Of a stretch of DNA of 64,000 nt, positions 1-10,616 are shown piece by piece; the stretch's first letter is position 1, and every line of letters starts with the position of its first letter. Origin of the DNA: a phage. A program made the translations under genes and the position numbers. The notes under the pieces are model-generated. The model was not told where the DNA came from, made no database searches, and was given only the letters and a program-made list of their open reading frames with translations. The stretch lies in sequence record PZ445427.1. One strand, written 5' to 3'.

Positions 1-63
1 GTAAAATCACCTGTATCTGGATTATACTCGAAAAGTTCTTTGAGCTTATCTTGTGTTATCATT

Positions 64-1410
64 TTATGCCTTAAATACTTCCTGGGCTAATCTAACTGCT
101 TTCTCCGGAGTCATAGTAATAGTTTTCCACGCATTATTGCGATACACGGCCATACGTCCAGAAGCCTGTCTTAAACCAGTACCTCCTTTCATAATTAGAT
201 CTACAACAATCGGATCTAGCTTTCCGTCAACAATACGTTGAACGCGGCCTGCTAACTGTTCTATGAGAGATTCATTATTAATGAGACTTCCCATTATTAA
301 ACAAGACAGCTCGTTAAGAGAAATACCTTCTGAGAAGATACTCTGAGCTGCTGCAAGCACACAGGGTCCGCCCTCCGCTACATCTTTCTGGATTCTCAAT
401 CGGTCATCCAAAGGAGTTGCACCTATAATCTCATAGGTTGTAACACCACGTTGTGCGAGAGCTTCTAATATTGTTTGGATTAGTTCCGTCCTATCACTTA
501 CAAAGAGAACCTTATGCCCCATAGACACATATAAATGTGCTAGGTTTATAATAGTTTCCCGATATTCAGGATGATTATATACATCATTAGCACGTAGTGC
601 CCACGGTACGTTCTGGTTTCCTGATAATTCTACAGGCACGGAGTACCTATGGATTGTGGGTGGAACAGTATTATTAACCGGAGGACTAAAGATCTTATAT
701 CCAAAGAAGTCTTTGAACATAACTTGTAGCCCATCTTTACGTTTTAATGTACCTGATAGACCGATCTTGTAGCGAGCACATGAGATCTCTAGGAAATTAG
801 TGAAAGTTGTAGCTACACAGTGGTGAACTTCATCAACTATAACAGTACCGAATACCTTAGAAAGATTATTCGCATGTTTGTTCACTGTTTGTATATTACT
901 GACCACGATTGGTGGATCAATGTTATACTTTCCAGAACCTATAATACCCGGCTCGAATCCAAACCATTTACGAACTTCTGCAGCCCACATTTCACGAATG
1001 GATGTGTTAGTGCAGATTACCAGAGTTTTCTGGCCAAACTTATATGCAAGAGCTAGAGCTAGGATAGTTTTACCAAATCCAGGCTTACCATTAATAATAC
1101 AGGTATCATCGCACTCTTCATATATAGGAAGCTGATCTTCTTCACGTAGCTTGAACTGAGGTTCTGGTATTTCTACCGGAGCTAATGTGCGTTTATCAAC
1201 TAATTCGTATTTTACTCCCTTAGCATCTAGCAAATCCAGACGCGTAATGGGAATCCACTTAATCTCTTTAGCAACAACACCACTATTCTTATACATAATA
1301 GGGTATTTACTAGTCATTGTCTCGATGTGGTAAGTGGTTTGTTTACTACAATAATCCCAGAGTTCATCATCGGGCTTGAAATAGGCTTTATTAGATATAA
1401 CAACCTTCAT
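64..1410 (-). CDS. SF2 DEAD/DEAH-type DNA helicase (T5 D10-like)
   Basis: 448-aa ORF; Walker A GKPGFGKT and DEVH-type box (IVDEVHH); lies next to the polymerase gene. Confidence 0.8.
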   Translation of the reverse strand: MKVVISNKAYFKPDDELWDYCSKQTTYHIETMTSKYPIMYKNSGVVAKEIKWIPITRLDLLDAKGVKYELVDKRTLAPVEIPEPQFKLREEDQLPIYEECDDTCIINGKPGFGKTILALALAYKFGQKTLVICTNTSIREMWAAEVRKWFGFEPGIIGSGKYNIDPPIVVSNIQTVNKHANNLSKVFGTVIVDEVHHCVATTFTNFLEISCARYKIGLSGTLKRKDGLQVMFKDFFGYKIFSPPVNNTVPPTIHRYSVPVELSGNQNVPWALRANDVYNHPEYRETIINLAHLYVSMGHKVLFVSDRTELIQTILEALAQRGVTTYEIIGATPLDDRLRIQKDVAEGGPCVLAAAQSIFSEGISLNELSCLIMGSLINNESLIEQLAGRVQRIVDGKLDPIVVDLIMKGGTGLRQASGRMAVYRNNAWKTITMTPEKAVRLAQEVFKA

Positions 1411-1904
1411 AATTTTATTCTAAGTCTAGGAATTTCAGGCTCCTCTTGATGGACTTGATAAATAACAGGGCTATTATTTACCAGAATATAGCTTATATAA
1501 GCTGGAACATAGGATAGCACGAATGGATATGGGACTTTAGCCACATAGCATTGATACTTTCCATTATAAATTCTTGCAGAATGCAGAACTTTAGACGTGA
1601 TAACATCGTAGAACGTAGTTTTCTTCCAGTTAATGAGATTTCCATCAGAATCTATGAACTGGCTACGCTTTGACCCAACTAATTGGGACAACATTGATAT
1701 TCTACCACGAATAGGATAGAGCTTATAAGGTAATTCTTTCCGCTTCTCAAATAAGGCTAACCTACGTTGAGAGAATGTGCCAGGCAACTCCCTGTTATCT
1801 AGCACATATTTATTATATCTTGTTGTAATTACGGAATAATCACCTTCCTGCTCAATTGATACAAATGCCCGTAAAGCATATACGGGCAATTTGAAATCAA
1901 GCAC
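1407..1904 (-). CDS. hypothetical protein (165 aa)
   Basis: ORF overlaps both neighbours by a few nt (operon-like coupling); no motif recognised. Confidence 0.45.
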   Translation of the reverse strand: MLDFKLPVYALRAFVSIEQEGDYSVITTRYNKYVLDNRELPGTFSQRRLALFEKRKELPYKLYPIRGRISMLSQLVGSKRSQFIDSDGNLINWKKTTFYDVITSKVLHSARIYNGKYQCYVAKVPYPFVLSYVPAYISYILVNNSPVIYQVHQEEPEIPRLRIKL

Positions 1905-4464
1905 CTAAAATCCTTTTCACATTATCCAGATCTTTACATACAGCAATAAACTTATCATCCTTGTACTTGCTGTGGTCTGGATGCTCTTTATCCATTGCAG
2001 CTAACTTCTTATACTCGAAATCTGCATCGAGTAATACACCCTTAACATAACGAGTATATTCATCATCATCAATACAAGCGATTGATGGGTGCTGTTTCTT
2101 CATCTTACCACAAGAGTAGTCACGAGAACCACCTTTCTCAGAATCAGAATCAATACCGATTGGGCAGCCAGGGATACTAATACCACGATCCTTCTGGATG
2201 TTACGAATCAGAATCTCGTTATACTGATCAATCAGATCTTCACGTACAATAGCAACCACGGAGTCGTGAACCAACATGACAATCTTCATCTCTTTTCCTA
2301 GACCCAGGGACAGGATTTCTTCATCAGCATCAATAGCACCTAACAACAGGCTATCAGAAGATGCAGACTGAATGATTGCGTTAAATCCAGAACGGATTTC
2401 TTCACCCTGAACACCACGATCTTCGGAGTGGATATTGTGCAGACGACGCTTACGACCAAAGTGACTATAGATGAATCCAAAGTTCTTGATCTGATCGTGG
2501 CACTTATCAATCCAACGCTTAAGCTGAGGGAACTGACCGAAGTAAGTTTCGATATAGTCCTTCGCATCTGCAACGGTACATTCAACAAACGGTTCGCCTG
2601 TCTTAGCGGCCTGTTCCAGAAGAGCTTCGTTAACAGAGTGAGCGACTTTAGCTGGGCCAGAACCATACAGAATACCGAAGGTAATTGCCTTAGCAGCCTG
2701 ACGCAGAGCTGGGAACAACTTCTTAACATCACGCGGTTCACAGGTCAGTTTAAATACCATGTGTGCGATGTTTGAGTGGAAGTCAGGGTATTTATCAGGC
2801 TCATTCTTCATGTTGATAAATACTTGTTGCATATTTCTGTCACCAGACAGAACAGCAGCATAATAAACTTCCGCAGTTGTTAAGTCCCATGCGATTACAC
2901 GATATCCAGGAGGAGCTACTACACAACCCTTGATAATAGATTCATCACGTGGTAGCTGTTGCAGGTTCAGCTTACCAGAAGAACTCAGACGACCAGAAGT
3001 AGTCATATGTTCATGGAAACCAGTACGAATGCAACCATCTGCATCAATGCTCAGAAGAATCTTCTCAACATAAGTAGAGATCAGCTTAGTCAGCTTACGA
3101 ATCTCTAGCAGAGTCTTAGCAATTGGATGCTGAGTAGCCAGTTCGTTCAGAGCTTCTGCGTTTGTAGAATCTGCACCTGTATCTGTCAGCTTACCAGTTG
3201 GAGTCAGACCAACATAATCAAATAAAAGAACACGGAGCTGCTTAACAGAGTTAGGGTTAAATGCTTCGTTCTGGTCTTTTTCTAGCTGAACGACTTCTGG
3301 ATAAGTATACAGTTTCTCACGAGCCTTGTTCAGATTGTGAGTTAGCTGATACTGAGCTTCTTTCAAGCGATCAACAGAAATCGGTACACCACGATCTTCC
3401 ACACGTTGCAAGAATACACAACCAGGCATCAGAACGTCATAGTATAGACTGCAAAGCTTTTCATTCTTCTCAATTTTCGGTAAGAAGAAGTTATGCAGAC
3501 GCAGAGTAGCATCGGTATCTTTTGCAGCATAAGGCCACATAATATCAAATGGAATCAGATCATAGCTGAAATCTTCTTTCTTGATCTTATGTGCTTTGCA
3601 ATAATCCTCCTTGAACTTATCCAGTTCAAAGTCATAATCACCCATGTCAGTATACTTCATAGCCAGAGATTTCAGGCCGTGAGTACCACGACGTTCATCA
3701 AGAACATAGTGTTGTAACATGGTATCGTGAAGTCTACGCTCTTTATGTGCTTTCTCAAAGGAAAGTCCTAGATGATAGGAGTAAAAGTGCATATCAAACT
3801 TCAAGTTATGAAAAACGATCTGATGATTCTTGCTATCCAGAATTTTCTGGAGATAATGTACAGCTACTTCGGTGATACTGTCAGAGTCAATATAGACACC
3901 CTGATACTCTTGGTGAGACATAGAAACACCAAGCAGATAACCATCACGAGCATACAGAGCCGAGGTTTCGGAGTCGAATGCGATAGGCCCGATAACCATG
4001 TTATACACCATCTTGATGTATTCTTCAGCTTCATCTGGATCAGTAATAGGACGATAGTCACCGGCTTTTGCAATCTTCTCACGACCATTAATAATGTCGT
4101 GAATACTTTCTACAGTTGCTTCAAAGACCGGTTTCATTTCAGGCTTAAAGTGTAGCTGAGCTGGACTGATACTTGCAATCCAGTTGGCGTAGCCACCATG
4201 CTCTACACGTTTACCAGTATAATCACCGATACCTTTCTTACCTGCGAAATACAGGAAAGGTTCAGCACCAACTAGTACCACAAAATCGTAATCGTTCGGA
4301 TCGAACGGGTTATCTGGAGTTCCGATTGTAATATGCTTTTTCAGCAGACGACCAGATAACTTCTCGTTACACATATGGAATACATCAACTTCCTCACCAT
4401 AGAGTTGGAAGTGTTTATCATAACGAGTGTTATTTAGAGCTTTATCAACTACTGCAATTTTCAA
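1897..4464 (-). CDS. DNA polymerase, family A, with 3'-5' exonuclease domain
   Basis: 855-aa ORF; exo motif FDSETS; pol motif B RQAAKAITFGILYG; motif C LVHDS; length as recalled for T5 DNA polymerase. Confidence 0.95.
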   Translation of the reverse strand: MKIAVVDKALNNTRYDKHFQLYGEEVDVFHMCNEKLSGRLLKKHITIGTPDNPFDPNDYDFVVLVGAEPFLYFAGKKGIGDYTGKRVEHGGYANWIASISPAQLHFKPEMKPVFEATVESIHDIINGREKIAKAGDYRPITDPDEAEEYIKMVYNMVIGPIAFDSETSALYARDGYLLGVSMSHQEYQGVYIDSDSITEVAVHYLQKILDSKNHQIVFHNLKFDMHFYSYHLGLSFEKAHKERRLHDTMLQHYVLDERRGTHGLKSLAMKYTDMGDYDFELDKFKEDYCKAHKIKKEDFSYDLIPFDIMWPYAAKDTDATLRLHNFFLPKIEKNEKLCSLYYDVLMPGCVFLQRVEDRGVPISVDRLKEAQYQLTHNLNKAREKLYTYPEVVQLEKDQNEAFNPNSVKQLRVLLFDYVGLTPTGKLTDTGADSTNAEALNELATQHPIAKTLLEIRKLTKLISTYVEKILLSIDADGCIRTGFHEHMTTSGRLSSSGKLNLQQLPRDESIIKGCVVAPPGYRVIAWDLTTAEVYYAAVLSGDRNMQQVFINMKNEPDKYPDFHSNIAHMVFKLTCEPRDVKKLFPALRQAAKAITFGILYGSGPAKVAHSVNEALLEQAAKTGEPFVECTVADAKDYIETYFGQFPQLKRWIDKCHDQIKNFGFIYSHFGRKRRLHNIHSEDRGVQGEEIRSGFNAIIQSASSDSLLLGAIDADEEILSLGLGKEMKIVMLVHDSVVAIVREDLIDQYNEILIRNIQKDRGISIPGCPIGIDSDSEKGGSRDYSCGKMKKQHPSIACIDDDEYTRYVKGVLLDADFEYKKLAAMDKEHPDHSKYKDDKFIAVCKDLDNVKRILGA

Positions 4465-4526
4465 ATTTAGTCTCCTTTTGGTAAGTAAGTATAACTTCAG
4501 TGTTTCTTCTCTAACTTACCAATATA

Positions 4527-5417
4527 TTATACCAAATCTTTGAGCGATTCGGCAACTAAAATTTCAATACGTTGAGCCAACATATCGATCTCTTCTTTAT
4601 TTAAATCACCCGGGTCTTTACCTTCTGGAAGAAGGAAGTTACCAATTACAGGTGATAAACGTGTTTTTGTACGAATTAGCTTCGCCAATGCTTGCGCAGC
4701 TTTATTACCAGAAGCATCGTTATCTAGCAAGATAACTACTACTCTTACTCCAGCAATAATGTAAGGGCTGAATTTATCAGCAACGTTATCAGGTGTGAAC
4801 TGATGTGTACCAAAACAGCAAGAAGCATAATCCACACCGTTATCTTCTAGGTTTAACATATCAAAGATACCTTCAACTAGAACAAGAACTGGTGTATTAT
4901 ATCGTACGGGGAAAATCGGTGGTGAAACTTGTTTTGGTTTTACTAAGTATTTAGGAGGGGCAGAACTGTTTATAGAACGTCCCAGGAATAGGATATTGCG
5001 TCCAACAGCATCTGTTATTGGGAATACAATTCTGCCTTCCCAGTCTGCTTGATGTTGGAAAGCAAAATATTTCTTCAAGGTCTTAGAACTGATACCTCGG
5101 AAATCACCTTCGAAAAGGTAAGCAGATTCAGGAATTGCAAGATTCGTAGATCCATTCCTAATCTCTGAAATCTTTTTACGTACTTGTGACAATCTTGGTG
5201 ACTGTCTGTACTGAGTCTCATTAAAATAATGGTAAATGCTCGGTATTCCTCTACCGAAGCCACAACTCAAGCAATGCATAATTCCTGATTCAGGATCAAT
5301 ACGCAAACTTGGGTGTTTATCATCATGATCTGGATTGAGACAACAGATGAGGATATCCCCACCTGTGTCTTTGTATTCAATGCCTTTCAGATCAAGTAGT
5401 TCTGTTATTCTACTCAT
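4527..5417 (-). CDS. DNA primase (CHC2 zinc finger + TOPRIM)
   Basis: 296 aa; Cys/His cluster HCLSCGFGRG; TOPRIM-like LVEGIFDMLNL and VILLDNDASG. Confidence 0.8.
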   Translation of the reverse strand: MSRITELLDLKGIEYKDTGGDILICCLNPDHDDKHPSLRIDPESGIMHCLSCGFGRGIPSIYHYFNETQYRQSPRLSQVRKKISEIRNGSTNLAIPESAYLFEGDFRGISSKTLKKYFAFQHQADWEGRIVFPITDAVGRNILFLGRSINSSAPPKYLVKPKQVSPPIFPVRYNTPVLVLVEGIFDMLNLEDNGVDYASCCFGTHQFTPDNVADKFSPYIIAGVRVVVILLDNDASGNKAAQALAKLIRTKTRLSPVIGNFLLPEGKDPGDLNKEEIDMLAQRIEILVAESLKDLV

Positions 5418-6886
5418 ATATCGCTGGCCTGTTCACCTGTTGAATTTTCAGCTTTGTCTTTCTTAGCACGTTTAGGTTGAGCTGGTTTATCCTTTTCAAT
5501 AGGAATAACGAACTCAGCTTCCATTTGCGCAATATCTTCCATTGCTAGGTTGGTAGTGTTATCCATTCGCAGAGTTTCCCAGTTCATCTTAGGCATAAAC
5601 TTCACACTATCAGAGGAACGAGTCTTAACGAAGTCAAACATAATAGCACCTTGACCGTTATCAGCTTTTGCAGCATTAAGATTAGCAGCCATATCTGCGG
5701 AATCAAGAATCCCTTTAGACATACGCGTTCTACCATCTTGGTCAATCTGGTAAGGGGCAACACCAGCCACGTTATGTTTCTGGCAGATAGATTTGAAAGA
5801 TGAACTAACAACCATCTGTTCTTTCCAGTCATACATATCAATGGTCTTTGAATCTGGAAGTCTTGTTTGGTTAATATAGTCTAGAAGAGCTACAGTAACC
5901 TTATCACCATACTTAGCAACTAGTTTATTTAATTCTACATCAACCGTCGTAATAGACAGTTCAGGATCGTAAACGATGATCATAGGAGTGTGAAGCTCAT
6001 AGCCTTCAAGGAGTTTACTTTCCATATCATAGAAGTCACTCATTTTAGCCATAGTGTATTGCTTAACGAAGTTATCGAAAAGCTCTTCACCACCATTAAA
6101 CATCCTAGCCCTAGTTCTGGCTAATCTCAACAGAGCAGCACCTTCAAGAGTGTTATTACGCATTGCTAATGCAGATACTCCAGCTAACATAGCCAGATTA
6201 CGTCTAAACACTTCGTGCTCTTTCATCTCAATTGAGAAATATGGAGCAATGTCTCCATTCAAATATTGCTGAACCTGTATGTTTGAACAGATAATGGATT
6301 TACCAGTACCACGCCAACCACCAAGCAGTAACGTTTCTGTGCGAGCTAAACCAATTTGAGCGTCGAACTCATTACAAATACCAAGAGCGATCAAGTTCAG
6401 TTTGGTATCTTCTTCTCTCTGGAAAATACGCATTGTGTCTGCGTTGAATACCTTTCCAGTATTCGTTACTTTCTCTTCTAATTTTAAGTGAAGGGAGGCA
6501 ACTCGGTTGAGAATTTCTCCCTGATCCAGCATTGTTAAATCTTGAAGCACGTCTGTTTCTAGAAGTTTCAGGAATAGATCCTGCGTATATTCAGCTTCTA
6601 GGACTTCAAGTGCCTGTTCCATGCTCACTTCTGGAATTTGAGTGTTAGCTAAGACGACAAGAGCTTGAGAAAGGCGGGCGTTCCTATTGGCCTCAAGCAT
6701 CAGTGCGTCAATGGACGGCATTGCGTTATATTTCTTATAATAATTCTGGACGGCTTGGTAAATTGAGGAGAAAGCGTCATTAAAATGATCTTTATGCAGT
6801 TTTGAGAATGTTTCCAATGCTACTTGCTTCTGTTCAGAAGCGAGAAGCATCTTCAACACTACAGCTTGCACGTTAAACAAGGTCAT
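5414..6886 (-). CDS. DnaB-like replicative helicase / RecA-fold ATPase
   Basis: Walker A GGWRGTGKS; start placed at internal ATG (6886, SD AAGGAGA) because the upstream ATG at 6937 sits inside a terminator hairpin. Confidence 0.6.
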   Translation of the reverse strand: MTLFNVQAVVLKMLLASEQKQVALETFSKLHKDHFNDAFSSIYQAVQNYYKKYNAMPSIDALMLEANRNARLSQALVVLANTQIPEVSMEQALEVLEAEYTQDLFLKLLETDVLQDLTMLDQGEILNRVASLHLKLEEKVTNTGKVFNADTMRIFQREEDTKLNLIALGICNEFDAQIGLARTETLLLGGWRGTGKSIICSNIQVQQYLNGDIAPYFSIEMKEHEVFRRNLAMLAGVSALAMRNNTLEGAALLRLARTRARMFNGGEELFDNFVKQYTMAKMSDFYDMESKLLEGYELHTPMIIVYDPELSITTVDVELNKLVAKYGDKVTVALLDYINQTRLPDSKTIDMYDWKEQMVVSSSFKSICQKHNVAGVAPYQIDQDGRTRMSKGILDSADMAANLNAAKADNGQGAIMFDFVKTRSSDSVKFMPKMNWETLRMDNTTNLAMEDIAQMEAEFVIPIEKDKPAQPKRAKKDKAENSTGEQASDI

Positions 6887-6918
6887 TCTCCTTTGCACGC
6901 TTTCGTGCCTTCTAAATG

Positions 6919-6950
6919 CAAAAAGGGGAAGGAGCATAGCCCCCTCCCCT
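6919..6950 (-). terminator. rho-independent terminator (minus strand)
   Basis: minus-strand GGGGAGGGGGC-TAT-GCTCCTTCCCC hairpin followed by T-run, just after stop of the 6969..7736 gene. Confidence 0.6.
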
Positions 6951-6968
6951 TAGGTTTAATTTACCAGA

Positions 6969-7736
6969 TTATTCAGCAGCCGCAGCTTTTGCATCCAGTT
7001 TAGCACGCTTAGCGGCACCATCATAGTCCTTAGCAACCAGACCACGACGAGACAGCATAGATTTAACACCGCGCTCAGACTTACCAGTTTTCTCAGCGAT
7101 CTCAGCAACAGTCATGTTAGCCAGATCCAGACCTTCTAACAGATCTTCACGAGTTTTAGCACTTGAAGTTTCCTGTACCGGCATAGCAGCGATACGACCT
7201 TCACGAAGCAGGCTCAGAGCTTTACCACGAATCTGCTTAATATTGCGACCGAAGTGAGCAGCGATAGCTTCAATAGTAGCACCAGCAACAACCTGATTAA
7301 CGAAATCAGTTTCTTCGTCAGGAGTGAAGGAACGAACAGCAGCAGCTTTTTCAGTTGGCTTAACAGAAGCGGTCATTTCCAGACTCAGGATCTTACCCTG
7401 TACCTGCTTAGCACCGAACTGACCACCAGCTACAGCAGCAGCGATTTCAGCGTAAGTATACTGACCAGCATGAGCGTTCAGGAAATCAACTAGTTCAGCT
7501 TCCTGCTCAGGAGTCCACGGGGATTTCTGTACTTCGTTAGCTTTCTGTACTTCGAAACCTTCTTTACGCAGCTTAGAGCCAACAGAGCGAGCGGTAACGT
7601 CTTTGCCAGTCTCGGTAGCCAGTTCAGCAGCGATAGCAGCTACTTGTTCTTGAGAGATTACAGCAACACCCAGAGCAGTGGCTTTTGCTTTCAGAGACTC
7701 GGTTACACCTTCTACGTTCCAGTTCAGTTTAGACAT
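6969..7736 (-). CDS. Ala-rich protein with repeated HTH-like units, putative DNA-binding regulator
   Basis: 255 aa; repeated segments resembling helix-turn-helix (e.g. MTVAEIAEKTGKSERGVKSMLSRRGL). Confidence 0.45.
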   Translation of the reverse strand: MSKLNWNVEGVTESLKAKATALGVAVISQEQVAAIAAELATETGKDVTARSVGSKLRKEGFEVQKANEVQKSPWTPEQEAELVDFLNAHAGQYTYAEIAAAVAGGQFGAKQVQGKILSLEMTASVKPTEKAAAVRSFTPDEETDFVNQVVAGATIEAIAAHFGRNIKQIRGKALSLLREGRIAAMPVQETSSAKTREDLLEGLDLANMTVAEIAEKTGKSERGVKSMLSRRGLVAKDYDGAAKRAKLDAKAAAAE

Positions 7737-8511
7737 TATTATTTTTCTCCAATAGTTCTTTAATCGACAGGATTTCTATCCCATTCGTTTCGGCTTTCTT
7801 ATAAGATGAGGAAGAACGTTTTGATTCATCCTCACAGATTAGGTATTTGACGTCTTTGGTAACGGACTTCTTGACCGTATATCCTAGACTTTCTAAATAG
7901 TTTGTTGCATCCGTTCGATTTGCAAAGTCTTGCAAAGATCCGGTAATACAGACCGTGATTCCATTTGGCTGGGCAACTAAATCATCTGTAATGATGATAT
8001 CAGCTTTAGCACCTCGAATACCAGTTGAGAATTTCCACGGTAGTTCAATAACATCCTTGCCTTGTGGGGAATTTAGCCAGGTTTTGTAATTTTCTCCAGC
8101 CTTGCCGTCAGCCTTCACATCGTGGAAGCTAGTGCAATTTTGGGACAGTTTCTTTGCTGCAACCTCTCCAATAAGAGGAATTCCTAAAGAACCGAGAACT
8201 GAACCAAAGTCAATGTCTCCGCGAACCTTAGTATTTAACTCGCTAATCAACTTAGCGGCAACCTTGCTACCCACAGCTCCTACCAAATCTTCTTCGGTCA
8301 GGTAAAACAGTTCTGAGATCTTAGTCAGCTCCAGCTTCTCAATAGTTTTCGGGCCAAAGCCCTTTAACTTCATTTTTGTGCAGAAGTTCTCGATTAACTT
8401 ACTTGATTGCGCTGGACAGTTGGACTTATTCCTACAGAATAATTGCCCGTTGACAAGATCTAGCTTAGAACCACAAGAGGGACATTGTGTTGGAATTTCG
8501 ATTTTCATCAA
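7729..8511 (-). CDS. NAD-dependent DNA ligase, C-terminal part (Zn finger, HhH, BRCT-like)
   Basis: 260 aa; Cys4 cluster CPSCGSK...CRNKSNC; HhH-like LKGFGPKTIEKL; separate ORF from the adenylation domain. Confidence 0.75.
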   Translation of the reverse strand: MMKIEIPTQCPSCGSKLDLVNGQLFCRNKSNCPAQSSKLIENFCTKMKLKGFGPKTIEKLELTKISELFYLTEEDLVGAVGSKVAAKLISELNTKVRGDIDFGSVLGSLGIPLIGEVAAKKLSQNCTSFHDVKADGKAGENYKTWLNSPQGKDVIELPWKFSTGIRGAKADIIITDDLVAQPNGITVCITGSLQDFANRTDATNYLESLGYTVKKSVTKDVKYLICEDESKRSSSSYKKAETNGIEILSIKELLEKNNNV

Positions 8512-8538
8512 ATTTCTTCCTTATCAATTTATATAAAT

Positions 8539-8567
8539 ATTATAGCAAGTATTTAAGCATTTAGCAA
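8539..8567 (-). promoter_or_regulatory. promoter cassette (minus strand) inside the ligase split
   Basis: minus-strand TTGCTA-N17-TATAAT plus conserved leader ATTTATATAAATTGATAAGGAAG directly upstream of ATG 8511. Confidence 0.6.
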
Positions 8568-8710
8568 CTACAATTTTAACTAACTTTGCTTACCCTCGCC
8601 ATAACTTTCTATCCCTCAACTGAATGATAATAGTATATACCTAAGCGGCGAAAATGTCAATAACCACTTTATAATTCCGACATGGTAAACGGGTAGCAAA
8701 GGGTTACGAA

Positions 8711-9682
8711 TTAGTCGTATACTCGCTCTACTATACAAGGGATTACACCACCAGCACGAATCACTCGAATCTGGCAACCGATCTCTAAATCGAGAGCGTT
8801 AATATAATCAACGTTATTAAGAGTTGCTTTAACGATTGTGGCATCATCAATAATCACCGGTTCGAAATAACCAACTGGAGTTACTTTACCAGAAGCCCCT
8901 ACTTGCCATTCAACTTTAACAAGTGTGGTAATTTCGCCTTCTTCATCCTCTTTAATAGCAAATGCACCACGAGGAAATTTATTAGTCCAACCTTCACGGA
9001 AGAATTTGTTGTTATCATTAATACGAACAACTTTACCATCCGTCGGAATCCACTTAAAGAAGGAACGAACATTAACAACTGTCAAGAAGTTCTCATTCTC
9101 TAGCCAAAGCATATCTTTTAAATAGGCTTCTGTAATACCGACTGTTTCCGCTGAACACTGGATACCATATGCAACGAAGATTAAACCACCTTCACCAATA
9201 CGTTGCATGAAATCATCGCTGTCTTTCAGGTTAATAGCACCCGAAGCGTAGTTACGTTTGTTCTCTACTTCTTTAGTAATGAGAACTTCACCAGTGATTT
9301 GAGTTGGTACTTTTTGGGAAATAGTTTTGGGGATGTTTAGCATTTTAACATTATGCGTTACATCATTCCCTAGAATACCGTTACCACGAGTTAACGCTTG
9401 AACAAATTCACCATTAATATATAACAGAGAAATTGCACAGCCATCTAACTTATCAGTTTCAACCTGACCTAATGGATTGAATGGAGCTTTATCACCACGA
9501 CCGTAATAGACTTTCTGCAAAGAATACATACGATACAAGTGAGGAATATCACCTTTCGGTCCGATTTCTTCCTCTAGTGGGAATCTTTTAATCAGACGAT
9601 CATATTCTTCATCGGAAATAAGACTCATTCCCTGGTAGTACGCTTCTTGACAACGTTTGATAAAGTCTTTTACATTATTCAT
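8711..9682 (-). CDS. NAD-dependent DNA ligase, N-terminal adenylation domain
   Basis: 323 aa; adenylation lysine motif KLDGCA; OB-fold region follows. Confidence 0.8.
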   Translation of the reverse strand: MNNVKDFIKRCQEAYYQGMSLISDEEYDRLIKRFPLEEEIGPKGDIPHLYRMYSLQKVYYGRGDKAPFNPLGQVETDKLDGCAISLLYINGEFVQALTRGNGILGNDVTHNVKMLNIPKTISQKVPTQITGEVLITKEVENKRNYASGAINLKDSDDFMQRIGEGGLIFVAYGIQCSAETVGITEAYLKDMLWLENENFLTVVNVRSFFKWIPTDGKVVRINDNNKFFREGWTNKFPRGAFAIKEDEEGEITTLVKVEWQVGASGKVTPVGYFEPVIIDDATIVKATLNNVDYINALDLEIGCQIRVIRAGGVIPCIVERVYD

Positions 9683-9875
9683 CGTCTGCGATTTCCATTT
9701 TGAGTTCTTTATTATACTGAGCAGCCATACCAGCTAAATCAGCAGCTTCTTTTAACCACGCATCTTTGTACGCTTTCTGGTTTGGAGTGCCAATATTGTC
9801 CTGATAATTGATCTTTGCTATGGAAAGCAAATTAAGTTTTGCTTGAATCTTTGGAAGTGTTATTGTCATTGCCAT
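9675..9875 (-). CDS. hypothetical small protein
   Basis: ORF to 9893; first ATGs lie in the conserved leader, so start placed at ATG after GAGAGG. Confidence 0.4.
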   Translation of the reverse strand: MAMTITLPKIQAKLNLLSIAKINYQDNIGTPNQKAYKDAWLKEAADLAGMAAQYNKELKMEIADDE

Positions 9876-9904
9876 AATTGATCCTCTCATCAATTTATAT
9901 AAAT

Positions 9905-9933
9905 ATTATATATGAAAACTGAGTCGAAAGCAA
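9905..9933 (-). promoter_or_regulatory. promoter cassette (minus strand)
   Basis: minus-strand TTGCTT-N17-TATAAT followed by ATTTATATAAATTGATGAGAGG leader. Confidence 0.6.
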
Positions 9934-9960
9934 GTACATTTATAAAGAAAAAGCCAAGAA

Positions 9961-10269
9961 CTAGGCATTCTTGGCTTTGAGTTCTTCAGCTCGTTTCTGT
10001 ACTTCATGCAAGACCTCGGATTCACTGAGGATTTGCGTAAAAGCGTAGAATAGCTGTGACGTAGTTTCTAGGGTATAAGGAAAAGAGAAGCCGGATTTCG
10101 TTGGAAACCACTCTCCAGTAATATCTTGGAGCCAGTAACGAATTCCCATGTATAGATTCCCACGAAATTCAGATACGGTTAGTCTTACTTGTTCTCCCTC
10201 CTTCTCCCAAAGCATGATGGACTGGTCGTCAACGTGTCCTTCATAGTTTTGATTTACCTGATCGCTCAT
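9961..10269 (-). CDS. hypothetical protein (102 aa)
   Basis: clean ORF in gene-dense minus-strand block. Confidence 0.5.
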   Translation of the reverse strand: MSDQVNQNYEGHVDDQSIMLWEKEGEQVRLTVSEFRGNLYMGIRYWLQDITGEWFPTKSGFSFPYTLETTSQLFYAFTQILSESEVLHEVQKRAEELKAKNA

Positions 10270-10319
10270 TTACATATCCCAAATACACAAAAAGCCCCAT
10301 ATAGGGGCTAATTGGTTTC

Positions 10320-10616
10320 TTATCGGCCTACTGGAGAAGCACGATCTAACTCTGACTGGAGGCTCGTCACACGGCGAACTTTCGCAACAGGAATGAAACG
10401 GAAGCTATCGTTAGTACGAGAGAAAACGAGGATTTCATCTTCTTTCGGCTTACGGATGCGCTCACGTTTAATACGCTCAGCCAGGTATTTATCCTGAGCT
10501 GGATCAAATTCCATCGTACCCTGAAGGTACGTGGTTCCTTTCTGACGAAGTTTTTCGTAATGAAGATAAAACTCACCAAATTTTTCGCATTGAGCAATAA
10601 TTTCAGCTTTATTCAT
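10320..10616 (-). CDS. hypothetical protein (98 aa)
   Basis: clean ORF; basic C-terminus. Confidence 0.5.
   Translation of the reverse strand: MNKAEIIAQCEKFGEFYLHYEKLRQKGTTYLQGTMEFDPAQDKYLAERIKRERIRKPKEDEILVFSRTNDSFRFIPVAKVRRVTSLQSELDRASPVGR

Noticed and set aside
2089-4155. Several 60-130-aa ORFs on both strands within 2089-4155
   Set aside because: Embedded in the DNA polymerase gene, whose conserved motifs fix the true frame.
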